Below the pieces are notes generated by a model. The model did not search any database. It saw nothing but the letters and a program-made list of their open reading frames with translations, and had not been told where the DNA came from. Positions 1 through 8,218 of a DNA stretch of 32,000 nt are shown here, in pieces. How positions within the stretch are numbered: position 1 is the first letter of the stretch; each line of letters starts with the position of its first letter. A program made the translations under genes and the position numbers. The stretch spans positions 1-32,000 of the forward strand of contig JAPZAR010000010.1 of assembly GCA_027460535.1 (NCBI GenBank), in the 5' to 3' direction. The stretch is from Candidatus Methanoperedens sp. (GTDB lineage Archaea > Halobacteriota > Methanosarcinia > Methanosarcinales > Methanoperedenaceae).

Positions 1-102
1 GTGTTGTATTGTCATGCTGGCAGTAGCTTTTGCGAGATTGCAGCGTGGGATAAAAGAAAATCTTTCCTCTGTTGCATATCTTACATAGGGGGTGAAAAAA
101 AA

Positions 103-152
103 GTTACCAACGGTTTCAAGGGGGTTTTGGTAACCACCTTTGGTAACCACCT
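103..152 (+). promoter_or_regulatory. Cluster of GGTAAC-core repeats, a candidate transcription-factor site upstream of the TRAM gene promoter
   Basis: A perfect 13-bp tandem direct repeat TTGGTAACCACCT occurs at 127-139 and 140-152. An inverted half-copy GTTACCAA lies at 103-110. The cluster ends 15 nt upstream of a TTTATATA box. Confidence 0.4.
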
Positions 153-166
153 AGGTATACAGAGAG

Positions 167-174
167 TTTATATA
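167..174 (+). promoter_or_regulatory. Archaeal TATA-box candidate (TTTATATA) for the TRAM/zinc-ribbon transcription unit
   Basis: The sequence is a consensus-like archaeal TATA octamer. It would put the transcription start near position 200 and give a leader of roughly 90 nt before the TTG start at 294. Confidence 0.4.
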
Positions 175-293
175 GGAACATGATGCTATGAATATTCTGT
201 CAGTTGGCTTATTAGGTAAGTTATAGAGCCTGGGATTATCCCATCTGTGTTTGCTTTTTTAGGTAGATTGATTAAATAAACAGAGGTTAAGAA

Positions 294-506
294 TTGTTTA
301 CAGAACAAGATAGAAATTCTCCTGTCTCAGCCGGCGGTGTCCATGATGTCACAATTGATGGCATTGCCAGAGAGGGAGATGGAATAGCACATATACAGGG
401 TTTAGTGATTTTTGTGCCAGACACGAAGATCGGAGACCATGTAACGATAAAGATCGAGCGGGTCATGCGAAAATTTGCAATTGCAGCCCTTGCTGAAAAG
501 AACTAA
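294..506 (+). CDS. TRAM domain protein, a small RNA-binding / RNA-chaperone-type protein
   Basis: The 70-aa product has the typical archaeal stand-alone TRAM pattern: MF.E..R..PV....V.DVTI.GIAREGDGIA.I.G.VIFVP.TKIGD.V.IKIERV..KFA.A. The start is TTG, preceded by GAGGT. The N-terminus aligns with the MF.E..R start seen in other TRAM proteins. Confidence 0.85.
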   Translation: MFTEQDRNSPVSAGGVHDVTIDGIAREGDGIAHIQGLVIFVPDTKIGDHVTIKIERVMRKFAIAALAEKN

Positions 507-533
507 GAAAATTAAATCAACGGAGATACATAC

Positions 534-707
534 ATGAATTACGAAAATCGAGGCAGCGGCGGTTTCAGACCGAGTGGTCCGAGAGAGATGCACAAAGCAA
601 CCTGTGCAGACTGTCATCAGGAAACCGAAGTACCATTCAAACCATCCGGCGACAGGCCGGTATACTGCAGAGAATGCTACCAGAACCATAAACCAAAGAG
701 ATATTAA
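534..707 (+). CDS. Small CxxC-x17-CxxC zinc-ribbon protein with a Gly/Arg-rich N-terminus (57 aa, below the ORF-track cutoff)
   Basis: Manual translation gives MNYENRGSGGFRPSGPREMHKATCADCHQETEVPFKPSGDRPVYCRECYQNHKPKRY. There are two CxxC pairs, 17 residues apart. The start is ATG at 534 and the stop is TAA at 705-707. The gene begins 27 nt after the TRAM stop on the same strand. Confidence 0.7.
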   Translation: MNYENRGSGGFRPSGPREMHKATCADCHQETEVPFKPSGDRPVYCRECYQNHKPKRY

Positions 708-718
708 ATAAATGCAAA

Positions 719-760
719 ACGGGCGCAGATATTACAATATCGCTGCCCGTATCTTTTTTA
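719..760 (+). terminator. Possible terminator: a short GC hairpin followed by an oligo-T tract
   Basis: ACGGGC (719-724) can pair with GCCCGT (745-750). TTTTTT follows at 754-759, directly downstream of the zinc-ribbon gene. Oligo-T tracts are the usual archaeal termination signal. Confidence 0.3.
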
Positions 761-995
761 TTATTTATTAGTGATTAATCTATATTTTTGCCTTATATTG
801 AGGTTACATAACTGATCTGAGTAAGCATTAGCCCCAAACGTTTCTACATACGTAGGTGGCGTTTCCAGGGTATTGGTGATGGCGCTGGAAAATAATAATA
901 TGTGAAGGGAGCTGAAACTAAAGGTAGAATTGATCCTTACTTTTCCCAGGTTTATGCAAATAATCCTTATATGATGAAGGCAAATAAGGGACGCC

Positions 996-1763
996 ATGAA
1001 ACTCAGTTTCTCATCCCTAGCGCTCGTAAATGACCCATTTGACTGGGCTTATGACCTTGAAGAACTGGGCTTTACAGGCTGGGAAGTGGTTAGCGAAGGC
1101 AAGCAGCAGTTAAATGATGAAACGCTCTCAAAAATAAGGAACATTGTCGAAACCACAGATCTTGTTCTCACGCTCCATCTCCCTTTTTCAGACCTGAATC
1201 TTGCCAGCCTGAACCATCCCATCTGGAAAGAGACCACGAGGCAGATGTGCAAATGTCTTGAAAGAGCATCTGATTTTATAGAACTTGCGGTAGTCCATCC
1301 GGGGCACCTGTCGCCCCTTGGCATGCAGCTTCCGGAGATGGCGTGGCGGCAGAATATTGAAGGATTGCGGTCAGTATGCGATTTCGCAGGCGATTACGGC
1401 ATTTCCATAGGGGTTGAGAATATGGTTAACATGCAGCATATTTTTGGAAAGCAGCCCGGTGAGATCCTGGGGATGATAGAATCTCTTGAGCGGGAGAATG
1501 CAGGACTCACGCTTGATATGGGACATGCCCATACAAACGGCATGGTAAGTGAGTTCCTGAAAGACCTGGGTAGGGTAATCCATGTCCATCTTCATGATAA
1601 TAAGGGAAGGCGCGATGACCATCTCGAACTCGGTAAAGGCAACATAAAATGGGATGAAGTCATGGGGAAATTCGACGGATATAAAGGAAGGTTCGTGATC
1701 GAGGCGAGGACCGTGGAGGAAGGGACAGCCAGTCTAAAATATCTCCACAATCTTGATATGTAG
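996..1763 (+). CDS. Sugar phosphate isomerase/epimerase, xylose-isomerase-like TIM barrel family
   Basis: The 255-aa product has the alternating beta/alpha pattern and metal-ligand-like motifs of this family: HPG, GVEN, LDMGHAH, HLHDN and EAR. It ends in TAG. Confidence 0.7.
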   Translation: MKLSFSSLALVNDPFDWAYDLEELGFTGWEVVSEGKQQLNDETLSKIRNIVETTDLVLTLHLPFSDLNLASLNHPIWKETTRQMCKCLERASDFIELAVVHPGHLSPLGMQLPEMAWRQNIEGLRSVCDFAGDYGISIGVENMVNMQHIFGKQPGEILGMIESLERENAGLTLDMGHAHTNGMVSEFLKDLGRVIHVHLHDNKGRRDDHLELGKGNIKWDEVMGKFDGYKGRFVIEARTVEEGTASLKYLHNLDM

Positions 1764-1766
1764 AAT

Positions 1767-2426
1767 ATGGAAAAAGTCAATTTCAAGACAAAAGACGGGG
1801 TCACGATCGCTGGCAATTATTTCAAACCCCAGAAAGAACATGCACCGGCATTTCTTCTGCTGCATATGATGCCGGCTACCAAAGAGAGCTGGAACGATTT
1901 CGCATCTCGTCTTGAAAAAGGAGGTTTTGAGGCTCTTTCAATCGACCTGCGGGGGCACGGCGAGAGCATTTACAAGAACGGTAAGAAAATAGATTATAAA
2001 GATTTTAAGGATGCGGATCACAAAGAATCGATCATCGATATAGCCGCGGCCAGGGAATTCCTTAAAATTAAAGGGGCCGACACAACCAGATTTGCGATTG
2101 CCGGTGCGAGCATAGGTGCAAATCTTGCCATCTGGCACGCATCGATGGATAAGGATGTCAGGCTGCTCGTGCTGTTATCTCCGGGTCTTGACTACAGGGG
2201 AATAAAGACACCTGAGCTTGCAAGCAAATATTCAGGCCCGGTGTATATCCTCTCGAGTGAAGGGGATACCAAATCTGGAGATAGTGGCAGGATATTGTAC
2301 GATATATTTCCGGACGATAAGAGACTGAATATCATTCAGGGAAGCTCGCATGGCACGGATATATTCATCTCAAGGCCAGAACTCATGGATGAAATATTGA
2401 ATTGGTCAGTTTCAAGATTATTGTAA
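1767..2426 (+). CDS. Alpha/beta-fold hydrolase
   Basis: The 219-aa product has an HMM oxyanion region, the nucleophile elbow G-A-S-I-G, and later SEGD and SSHG that fit a Ser-Asp-His triad. No signal peptide is visible. Confidence 0.75.
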   Translation: MEKVNFKTKDGVTIAGNYFKPQKEHAPAFLLLHMMPATKESWNDFASRLEKGGFEALSIDLRGHGESIYKNGKKIDYKDFKDADHKESIIDIAAAREFLKIKGADTTRFAIAGASIGANLAIWHASMDKDVRLLVLLSPGLDYRGIKTPELASKYSGPVYILSSEGDTKSGDSGRILYDIFPDDKRLNIIQGSSHGTDIFISRPELMDEILNWSVSRLL

Positions 2427-2639
2427 TATTTCAATACGCTTTAGTGTTGAAAATCAACCTGATGGGCTTGCATTGCGGGATTTCATGAACCCTCAGATGA
2501 AGTGAGTTAAGTTAATATAATACTTGGTCAAATAATATTACGAGGGGAAAACATAATACCGCAACAATTTTTTTCAATCATAAACCCAAATTTAGGCTGT
2601 CCTAAGATAATTTCAGTCGATGAAATCCTTCATGGAAAA

Positions 2640-4742
2640 GTGACTATTGATATAATTATCGCAGAAAAGAATAATGATTTTATTTTTTATTCAAAAGACT
2701 CATTTAAAGATGCATTCAAGCTTGTATCCTCTTATCCGGAAGATTTGAAGAGTCAGATTGACCTGGAAGTTCTCGATGACCCAAAGGAAATGATCGAATG
2801 GAATAAACTCTTTGATTTTGCTAGCCCTGAGGAGACGCAATTGCTCATAAATAGTGAGGTTCACTATAACGTATTTGGTGAAGGGACAAGATACTGGCTG
2901 ATCAAGACAGCGCCGAAGACCCTTGATTCGGAAGAGCGTGAATATGAAAAAATCTTGCGGAAGGGCAGGAATGGCGGATGGGCACCAACTCTGTACGATC
3001 TAGTTTATACCAATTCCAATACCAAAAACGTAAACTATCATGCTGTTCAATTTGTCGAGACTTATACAAATGGTCTCAATTTTATCCATCTGACCGATCT
3101 CCATCTCGCTCAGCGTAACGATGAAATTCTGGGAGAGGTACTGAAAGAATGCAGGAAAGGTGTCAGGAGCAGGAAAGAGATCGAAGAGAAGTATATCAAC
3201 TTCAACGACAACTTCAGGAAATTCATTCACGTAGCTAATGAGCTGGCAGAGAGGGGAGAACTGGATTTTGTAATGATAACAGGAGATATAGTAGATTTTG
3301 CGGGTCATGGCTGGGAGGATGAAATCAGCCAATCGGAAAACAATTGGAAAATATTTATCGAAATGGTAACAGGACTTGAAATCAACAAAAGTTTCCGGTT
3401 GCGCAGCGGTGATAAAGAGCCTGACATGTTCAATCGTGGAATAAAGGTTGCAGTATTTACATCAACTGGCAACCATGACTGGCGTTTGCATCCGTATAGC
3501 CTGCTGCATTATGTCCCAGGGAGGTCGGGCGCATGTGAAAATTTTGGTCTCAGGGAAACTGAGGCTGAGAATTTCAATTACAAATCCTTCGATTCTTCTG
3601 AATACCCCTTGGATGAACGCAAGAATTTATCCGACGAATTGACAAAGGAGTCCTTAAAGAGGTTGAACTTAGATGCACTGGACGAAAAATGGTCAATCAA
3701 CTCCGTTCGCGTATTGGAAGGAAGTTGGCTTAGAGGTCTTTTGAGCCCATTGGGCATTACTGGATTGATGGGTTTGGGAGGAGCAGTTGGAAGATTTTTC
3801 TCATTCGGCGCGGCTCTGATCGGGCTGGCAACACCTGTTGCAGTAAAGTGGTTTGCTGAATTTCACATAAGAAAGTGGATGGATTTTTTGATTGATAACC
3901 CTCTTCATGCCGAAGTTAAGGCAATGCATTATTATTTCACGAATATAAATCCCTATTTTGATTATGCATTCAGCATCGGGGATAACCACTTTATTCTGAT
4001 GGATACAGGCGCGGATGTAGTGACAATCAGGGCCGGGGACCTTATGGATGGAAAGGAGTTAAAGGATTTGAAAAAAGTAAGTATCCAGGACAATTTGATT
4101 GGAATTTCACCCGATACAATGGCGTTCGATGATAGGGAAGCATACTATAATTGGTCACAGATCGTGTGGCTGGATAAAGTCCTTTCCACAGTAAGTCTTA
4201 AAAAGCAAAATGCAAAGAGCGGGAGAATAATTCTTGGTCTCCACTCCCCGCCTGTAAACAATGATCCAAAATGTAATATGGATATGTTGCTCGAAAGCAA
4301 AACACATGAGTACATCCCGGAAGACAAATGCAATCTTACCCATGGAACTATCAACCATTTTCTGAGCCAGTTCTTTTTCCTTTGTCAGGGTTTACGAGAG
4401 AATCCCGATAAAAAAAGCCAGAGAGTAAGCAACGATCTGGAGAAGGTTGATCTTGTTCTTTCGGGGCATGTTCATATGGACGCGGAATTCAGGCTTGGAG
4501 TAGGATACGATAAAGAAGTAAAGGAGAATAAAATCCGGATTTACCATGATAAATATAGCAGCAACCCCGGCCAGTTCGATGAAAAAAAGCCTTTTCTGGT
4601 GATAACTGCAGCTTGCGGCCCTCACCAGGGAAAAAATACCGGTACGCCTTACTGGAGGTCTATCAAGATAGACGAAAAAAATCGGATCAAATGCTTCAGA
4701 CAGGAAAATCTTGAAGATTGGTTATTGTCTCATCCGTCTTAA
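2640..4742 (+). CDS. Large calcineurin-like metallophosphoesterase with an unknown N-terminal domain and an internal hydrophobic hairpin
   Basis: All five metallophosphoesterase motifs are present in the canonical order: HLTDLH (DxH), ITGDIVD (GDxxD), GNHDW (GNHD/E), GLHSPP (H) and SGHVHMD (GHxH). An insert of about 250 aa between GNHD and the next His contains LLSPLGITGLMGLGGAVGRFFSFGAALIGLATPVAV. The GTG start is uncertain. Confidence 0.8.
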   Translation: MTIDIIIAEKNNDFIFYSKDSFKDAFKLVSSYPEDLKSQIDLEVLDDPKEMIEWNKLFDFASPEETQLLINSEVHYNVFGEGTRYWLIKTAPKTLDSEEREYEKILRKGRNGGWAPTLYDLVYTNSNTKNVNYHAVQFVETYTNGLNFIHLTDLHLAQRNDEILGEVLKECRKGVRSRKEIEEKYINFNDNFRKFIHVANELAERGELDFVMITGDIVDFAGHGWEDEISQSENNWKIFIEMVTGLEINKSFRLRSGDKEPDMFNRGIKVAVFTSTGNHDWRLHPYSLLHYVPGRSGACENFGLRETEAENFNYKSFDSSEYPLDERKNLSDELTKESLKRLNLDALDEKWSINSVRVLEGSWLRGLLSPLGITGLMGLGGAVGRFFSFGAALIGLATPVAVKWFAEFHIRKWMDFLIDNPLHAEVKAMHYYFTNINPYFDYAFSIGDNHFILMDTGADVVTIRAGDLMDGKELKDLKKVSIQDNLIGISPDTMAFDDREAYYNWSQIVWLDKVLSTVSLKKQNAKSGRIILGLHSPPVNNDPKCNMDMLLESKTHEYIPEDKCNLTHGTINHFLSQFFFLCQGLRENPDKKSQRVSNDLEKVDLVLSGHVHMDAEFRLGVGYDKEVKENKIRIYHDKYSSNPGQFDEKKPFLVITAACGPHQGKNTGTPYWRSIKIDEKNRIKCFRQENLEDWLLSHPS

Positions 4743-4996
4743 TCAGACCCGATGCAGTATATATGGCAAGGCTATCCTTCATAATGAAGCTCCGGGCATT
4801 TTTCAATACTCACACAATTCTGGATAGATCTATTTCAAACAACTCACTTTCGTAGCCGGGAGCGATTGCCATCCAGTCGAACCAAAATTGATAAATACTA
4901 AGAAAACAATTTTACATGATGAGGAGAAATGGGGTTTGTAAATTTATTTCTCTACATCTTATTCCACATCTTTATAATTGTATAAAAAGGAGGAAA

Positions 4997-5509
4997 ATGG
5001 AAACTTTGCCAGCAACCGGGACTGTTCGAGGTGTGTTTTTCAGTCTAGGAACTACCCCGGCCACGAATGATTCCAAGTTTGACTGCGCAGGGGCAGTTAT
5101 CGGCCTTTTCAACCAGGCAAAGAAGACGGCTCATATTGCCATATATTCCCTGACCGAGCCCGAGATTGTCAATGCAATGATTGCCGCCAATAAACGGGGT
5201 GTGAAGGTTGCGGTCTTGGCGGACGCAACGGAGAGCAAGAATGCGAATCAAGCTGCAATGATAAAAGCACTCACACAGGCAGGGATCGATGTTCGCCTCG
5301 CAGTTCGCCAGACGGCTTTGATGCACAATAAGATCGGCATCTTCGATGGGAAGACAATATGCACCGGTAGCTTCAACTGGACGACTAACGCAGAGAAGCA
5401 TAACGATGAAAATCTGCTGGTCGTGGATGGTGTGGATCTGGCAGCAGATTATGAAAAATACGTCTTCCAGCGGATTCTTCAAAACGAAACGCTGATAAGA
5501 GCAAAGTAA
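4997..5509 (+). CDS. Phospholipase D superfamily protein with a single HKD motif (Nuc-like endonuclease type)
   Basis: The HKD signature reads HNKIGIFDGKTICTGSFNWTTNAEKHNDEN. I prefer ATG at 4997 (METLPATG...) because AAGGAGG sits 5-11 nt upstream. The ORF-track start at 4916 adds 27 implausible residues. Confidence 0.85.
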   Translation: METLPATGTVRGVFFSLGTTPATNDSKFDCAGAVIGLFNQAKKTAHIAIYSLTEPEIVNAMIAANKRGVKVAVLADATESKNANQAAMIKALTQAGIDVRLAVRQTALMHNKIGIFDGKTICTGSFNWTTNAEKHNDENLLVVDGVDLAADYEKYVFQRILQNETLIRAK

Positions 5510-5552
5510 TAGAGCTTAAAAATTAAAAAGAAATTTAAAAGGAGTGAAATAT

Positions 5553-6350
5553 ATGCCAGAACAAAAGAAAGTTACAACAACAAAGAGTAGTGGAACGAAA
5601 AAATCCGGTTACGGGTGGGTGCCTGACTTACCCGATCATCGGGATTTTATGTATAGTGCAGTTCGAAAACCAGCCAAACTACCATCGTCCGTCGATCTGC
5701 GTCCCGGATGTTCCAAAGTCGAAGACCAGGGACAACTCGGCAGTTGTACAGGAAATGCCCTTGCGGGTGCACTGGAATTCCTGGAAATGAAGGACAAAGT
5801 TCCCTATATCGAATTGAGCAGACTGTTTATATACTACGATGAACGCGCCTTTGAACATACAGTAGCGTCGGATTCAGGCGCCCAGATCCGCGATGGGATA
5901 AAGACTCTTGCCAAAAAGGGAGTGTGTTCAGAAAATTGTTGGCCTTATGACATTTCGAAGTTCACTGTGAAGCCAAGCCCACCCTGTTACAAAGAGGCTG
6001 CAAGCCATAAAATTACATCATACCAGCGCATCCAGACAGTCGATGAAATGCGGGCCTGCCTTGCGGATGGATATCCATTTGTATTTGGCTTTTCAGTATA
6101 CGAAAGTTTTGAGTCCCAGCAAGTCGCCCAGACGGGCATAGTACCAATGCCTCAGTCTGGCGAGCAGCAGGTAGGTGGCCATGCTGTGGTGGGGGTGGGT
6201 TATAACGATTCCACGAAACGATTTATCGTACGCAACTCCTGGGGGGAAGATTGGGGCATGAAAGGCTACTTCACAATACCTTATGACTATCTTGGGAACA
6301 GGAATTTGTCTGACGATTTCTGGACGATCAGACGTGAGGCAGGATTTTAG
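5553..6350 (+). CDS. Papain-like cysteine peptidase (MEROPS family C1-like), with no signal peptide or long propeptide
   Basis: The catalytic signatures are QGQLGSCTGNALAG (Gln/Cys), GGHAVVGVGY (His) and RNSWGEDWGMKGYF (Asn-Ser-Trp). ATG at 5553 lies 8 nt after GGAG. The track start GTG at 5544 overlaps that Shine-Dalgarno sequence. Confidence 0.9.
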   Translation: MPEQKKVTTTKSSGTKKSGYGWVPDLPDHRDFMYSAVRKPAKLPSSVDLRPGCSKVEDQGQLGSCTGNALAGALEFLEMKDKVPYIELSRLFIYYDERAFEHTVASDSGAQIRDGIKTLAKKGVCSENCWPYDISKFTVKPSPPCYKEAASHKITSYQRIQTVDEMRACLADGYPFVFGFSVYESFESQQVAQTGIVPMPQSGEQQVGGHAVVGVGYNDSTKRFIVRNSWGEDWGMKGYFTIPYDYLGNRNLSDDFWTIRREAGF

Positions 6351-6361
6351 GTTCCACCCAA

Positions 6362-6670
6362 ATGGAAGTGCCAGCCAAGATTGAGCTTAAGGCCGGAGAA
6401 AAATATACATTCAGGCTAAAAGGACTGGGAGCAGCAGGATATAATTGGGAGTACTCGATTGAAGAAACAAAAAAGGTGGTTTCTGTATCATTGGAATTTG
6501 TAGATGACCAGAAAAAGGCTAAAAGAATATTGCCCCCTGGTTATAGCAAGGATGTGATGGTTACAGTTGAGGCTAGGGAATCAGGGCAGGCAACAATTCG
6601 CTTTGTGCAGCGTCGGTCATGGGAAAAGGTCCTTTCAAGAGAACATATTATTGAAATCAGCGTGAACTAA
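6362..6670 (+). CDS. Chagasin-like (I42-type) cysteine-peptidase inhibitor candidate
   Basis: The 102-aa beta-rich protein starts 11 nt after the C1 peptidase stop. Its layout matches the three chagasin loops. GLGAAGYNWEY aligns with NPTTGFAWYF, PPGYS with GAGG, and VQRRSWE with YMRPW. The loop motifs are diverged, so this call is only moderately secure. Confidence 0.6.
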   Translation: MEVPAKIELKAGEKYTFRLKGLGAAGYNWEYSIEETKKVVSVSLEFVDDQKKAKRILPPGYSKDVMVTVEARESGQATIRFVQRRSWEKVLSREHIIEISVN

Positions 6671-6925
6671 ACGAGCTTATCGTTGAACAGACACGCTGCA
6701 CATCTGTGTCCCGTGCGCGAGAAGCGAGTGGGATATGTTCCGCCAAGAAAAGAATGCTTTAATCTTTAGCCGAACATTCTAAAAAAAATTTGTCCTAACC
6801 GAAAGTTTAATACATGATGATGAATTAGTCTAAACTGGAAGGTGGCGAATTTCCAAAGCGCATAAGCCAAGAAGTTTTACCTGAAACATGAGTGGATAAG
6901 AAAGTTTTAGAGTGGAGGTAAGTCT

Positions 6926-8218
6926 ATGGTTAAAAAAAAAGTTATTGTAGAGATAAGGATACCGAAGGTACCAGAATCCAGATTAGCTGCATCAGCAATT
7001 GATCTGGTTTCTCAGCTTGACATACCTGGGTTTCAATTAGATAAAGATTCCAAACCAGTTCCTGTGAATCCGCCTGACTATCTTGCTGCGAGCTTCGCTG
7101 CCTCCAATGAAACCGTTATGCTTGTGCGGGGTGAGATAGAGGAGGGAAAGGAAAAAGAACTTGAGTCCAAACCAAATGTCATCAAGGTCTGGACTGATGC
7201 AAGAATAGAGCCTTCCTATGATTGTGATACGGACACATCAAAAGGGGACATTGACAGTGTTGCCAGATATTTGGGCGTGGATGAAATATGGGCAAAAGGG
7301 GTACGGGGAAAAGGCATCGTCATAGGGATATGCGATGATGGTGTCAATGCCCTGTCTTCTGATATCGTGGTTGACGGTTGGTCGCCCCCGAATTGTTCCC
7401 GCTATGGAGCAGAAGGCGGGCACGGCAACATGACAGCTACAGATGCAACAGGGATGTGCCCCGAAGCAAGAATTTATGATATTGGGGTTCTTAAGAACCC
7501 GCCTGGAAGCCTTCCTGATATCGGCGGTGCGATTTCCAATGCTATAGCCGGGTTCCAGTGGGCTATTGAGCGCCACAGGAAAGACGGCACCCCGCATATT
7601 CTTTCAAATAGCTGGAACTGTTACCAGGAGTCGTGGGCTCCCGATTATGCGAGGGATCCCAACCATCCCTTCACGAGAAAAGCCGTTGAGGCGATAAGGG
7701 AAGGAATAATAGTCTGCTTCAGTGCCGGGAATTGCGGCAAGAATTGCAAGGACAAAGATCCAAGGTGTGGTTCGGATGAAGGCCAAGGGCGTAGTATCTG
7801 GGGTGCGAATGGGCATCCGGAGGTTATAACAGTCGGCGCGGTGAATGTCAAGGGAGAGCTTGCAGGCTATTCAAGCCAGGGGCCTGCAGCCCTATCAAAT
7901 GAAAAACCCGACTTCTGCGGGATTACGCATTTTAAAGGATACAACGATCCCGATACCGGGACATCGGCAGCGACACCGATAGTGGCGGGAGTTATCGGTC
8001 TTCTAAAATGTGCCAAGCCCACGCTGACACATGCAGAGGCAAAAGCCGTATTGAGAAAAACAGCTAAAGATATCGCCGGAACGGGTTTTGATGCAGAGTC
8101 GGGATACGGGATAATCCAGGCGCGCGCGGCTTTCGAACTCATAAAAGGGCAACCCAAACCTGAGCCTAAACCAAAGCCAAAGCCCAAACCTAAACCAAAG
8201 CCGAAAAAGGTAAAATAG
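6926..8218 (+). CDS. Subtilisin-like serine peptidase (S8) with an N-terminal extension of about 125 aa and a C-terminal Lys-Pro repeat tail
   Basis: The catalytic residues appear in Asp-His-Ser order: GICDDGV (Asp), GGHGNMTAT (His), LSNSWN (oxyanion Asn) and GTSAATPIVAGV (Ser). There is a Cys-rich insert CFSAGNCGKNCKDKDPRCG. No hydrophobic signal sequence is present. Confidence 0.9.
   Translation: MVKKKVIVEIRIPKVPESRLAASAIDLVSQLDIPGFQLDKDSKPVPVNPPDYLAASFAASNETVMLVRGEIEEGKEKELESKPNVIKVWTDARIEPSYDCDTDTSKGDIDSVARYLGVDEIWAKGVRGKGIVIGICDDGVNALSSDIVVDGWSPPNCSRYGAEGGHGNMTATDATGMCPEARIYDIGVLKNPPGSLPDIGGAISNAIAGFQWAIERHRKDGTPHILSNSWNCYQESWAPDYARDPNHPFTRKAVEAIREGIIVCFSAGNCGKNCKDKDPRCGSDEGQGRSIWGANGHPEVITVGAVNVKGELAGYSSQGPAALSNEKPDFCGITHFKGYNDPDTGTSAATPIVAGVIGLLKCAKPTLTHAEAKAVLRKTAKDIAGTGFDAESGYGIIQARAAFELIKGQPKPEPKPKPKPKPKPKPKKVK
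8153..8206 (+). repeat. Coding dipeptide repeat (Pro-Lys/Pro-Glu, 9 units) at the S8 C-terminus
   Basis: The codons read CCN-AAR repeatedly: ccc aaa cct gag cct aaa cca aag cca aag ccc aaa cct aaa cca aag ccg aaa. They encode PKPEPKPKPKPKPKPKPK. The repeat is imperfect at the DNA level. Confidence 0.8.

Noticed and set aside
1-183. A 60-aa ORF at the window edge
   Set aside because: It has no motifs, overlaps the repeat and TATA region upstream of the TRAM gene, and uses a GTG start at the window boundary.
761-997. A 78-aa ORF on the - strand in the 288-nt gap before the TIM-barrel gene
   Set aside because: It has no recognisable motif or ribosome-binding site, its composition is poor, and it would overlap the start of the 996 gene. 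I treat it as intergenic.
1761-1769. The TIM-barrel gene and the alpha/beta hydrolase gene are in the same frame, separated only by TAG-AAT. TAG read-through as pyrrolysine would fuse them.
   Set aside because: Same-frame adjacency has a one-in-three chance. The hydrolase has its own ATG. There is no PYLIS-like evidence and no known fusion of these domains. The in-frame HEPN remnant after the tbp TAG is likewise a deletion junction, not read-through.
5045-5482. A 145-aa ORF on the - strand
   Set aside because: It is antisense to the PLD/HKD gene and has no motif support.
6815-6886. A possible C/D-box sRNA (ATGATGA ... CTGA) in the gap before the S8 gene
   Set aside because: There are no convincing internal D' or C' boxes, the spacing of about 70 nt is off, and there is no terminal stem.
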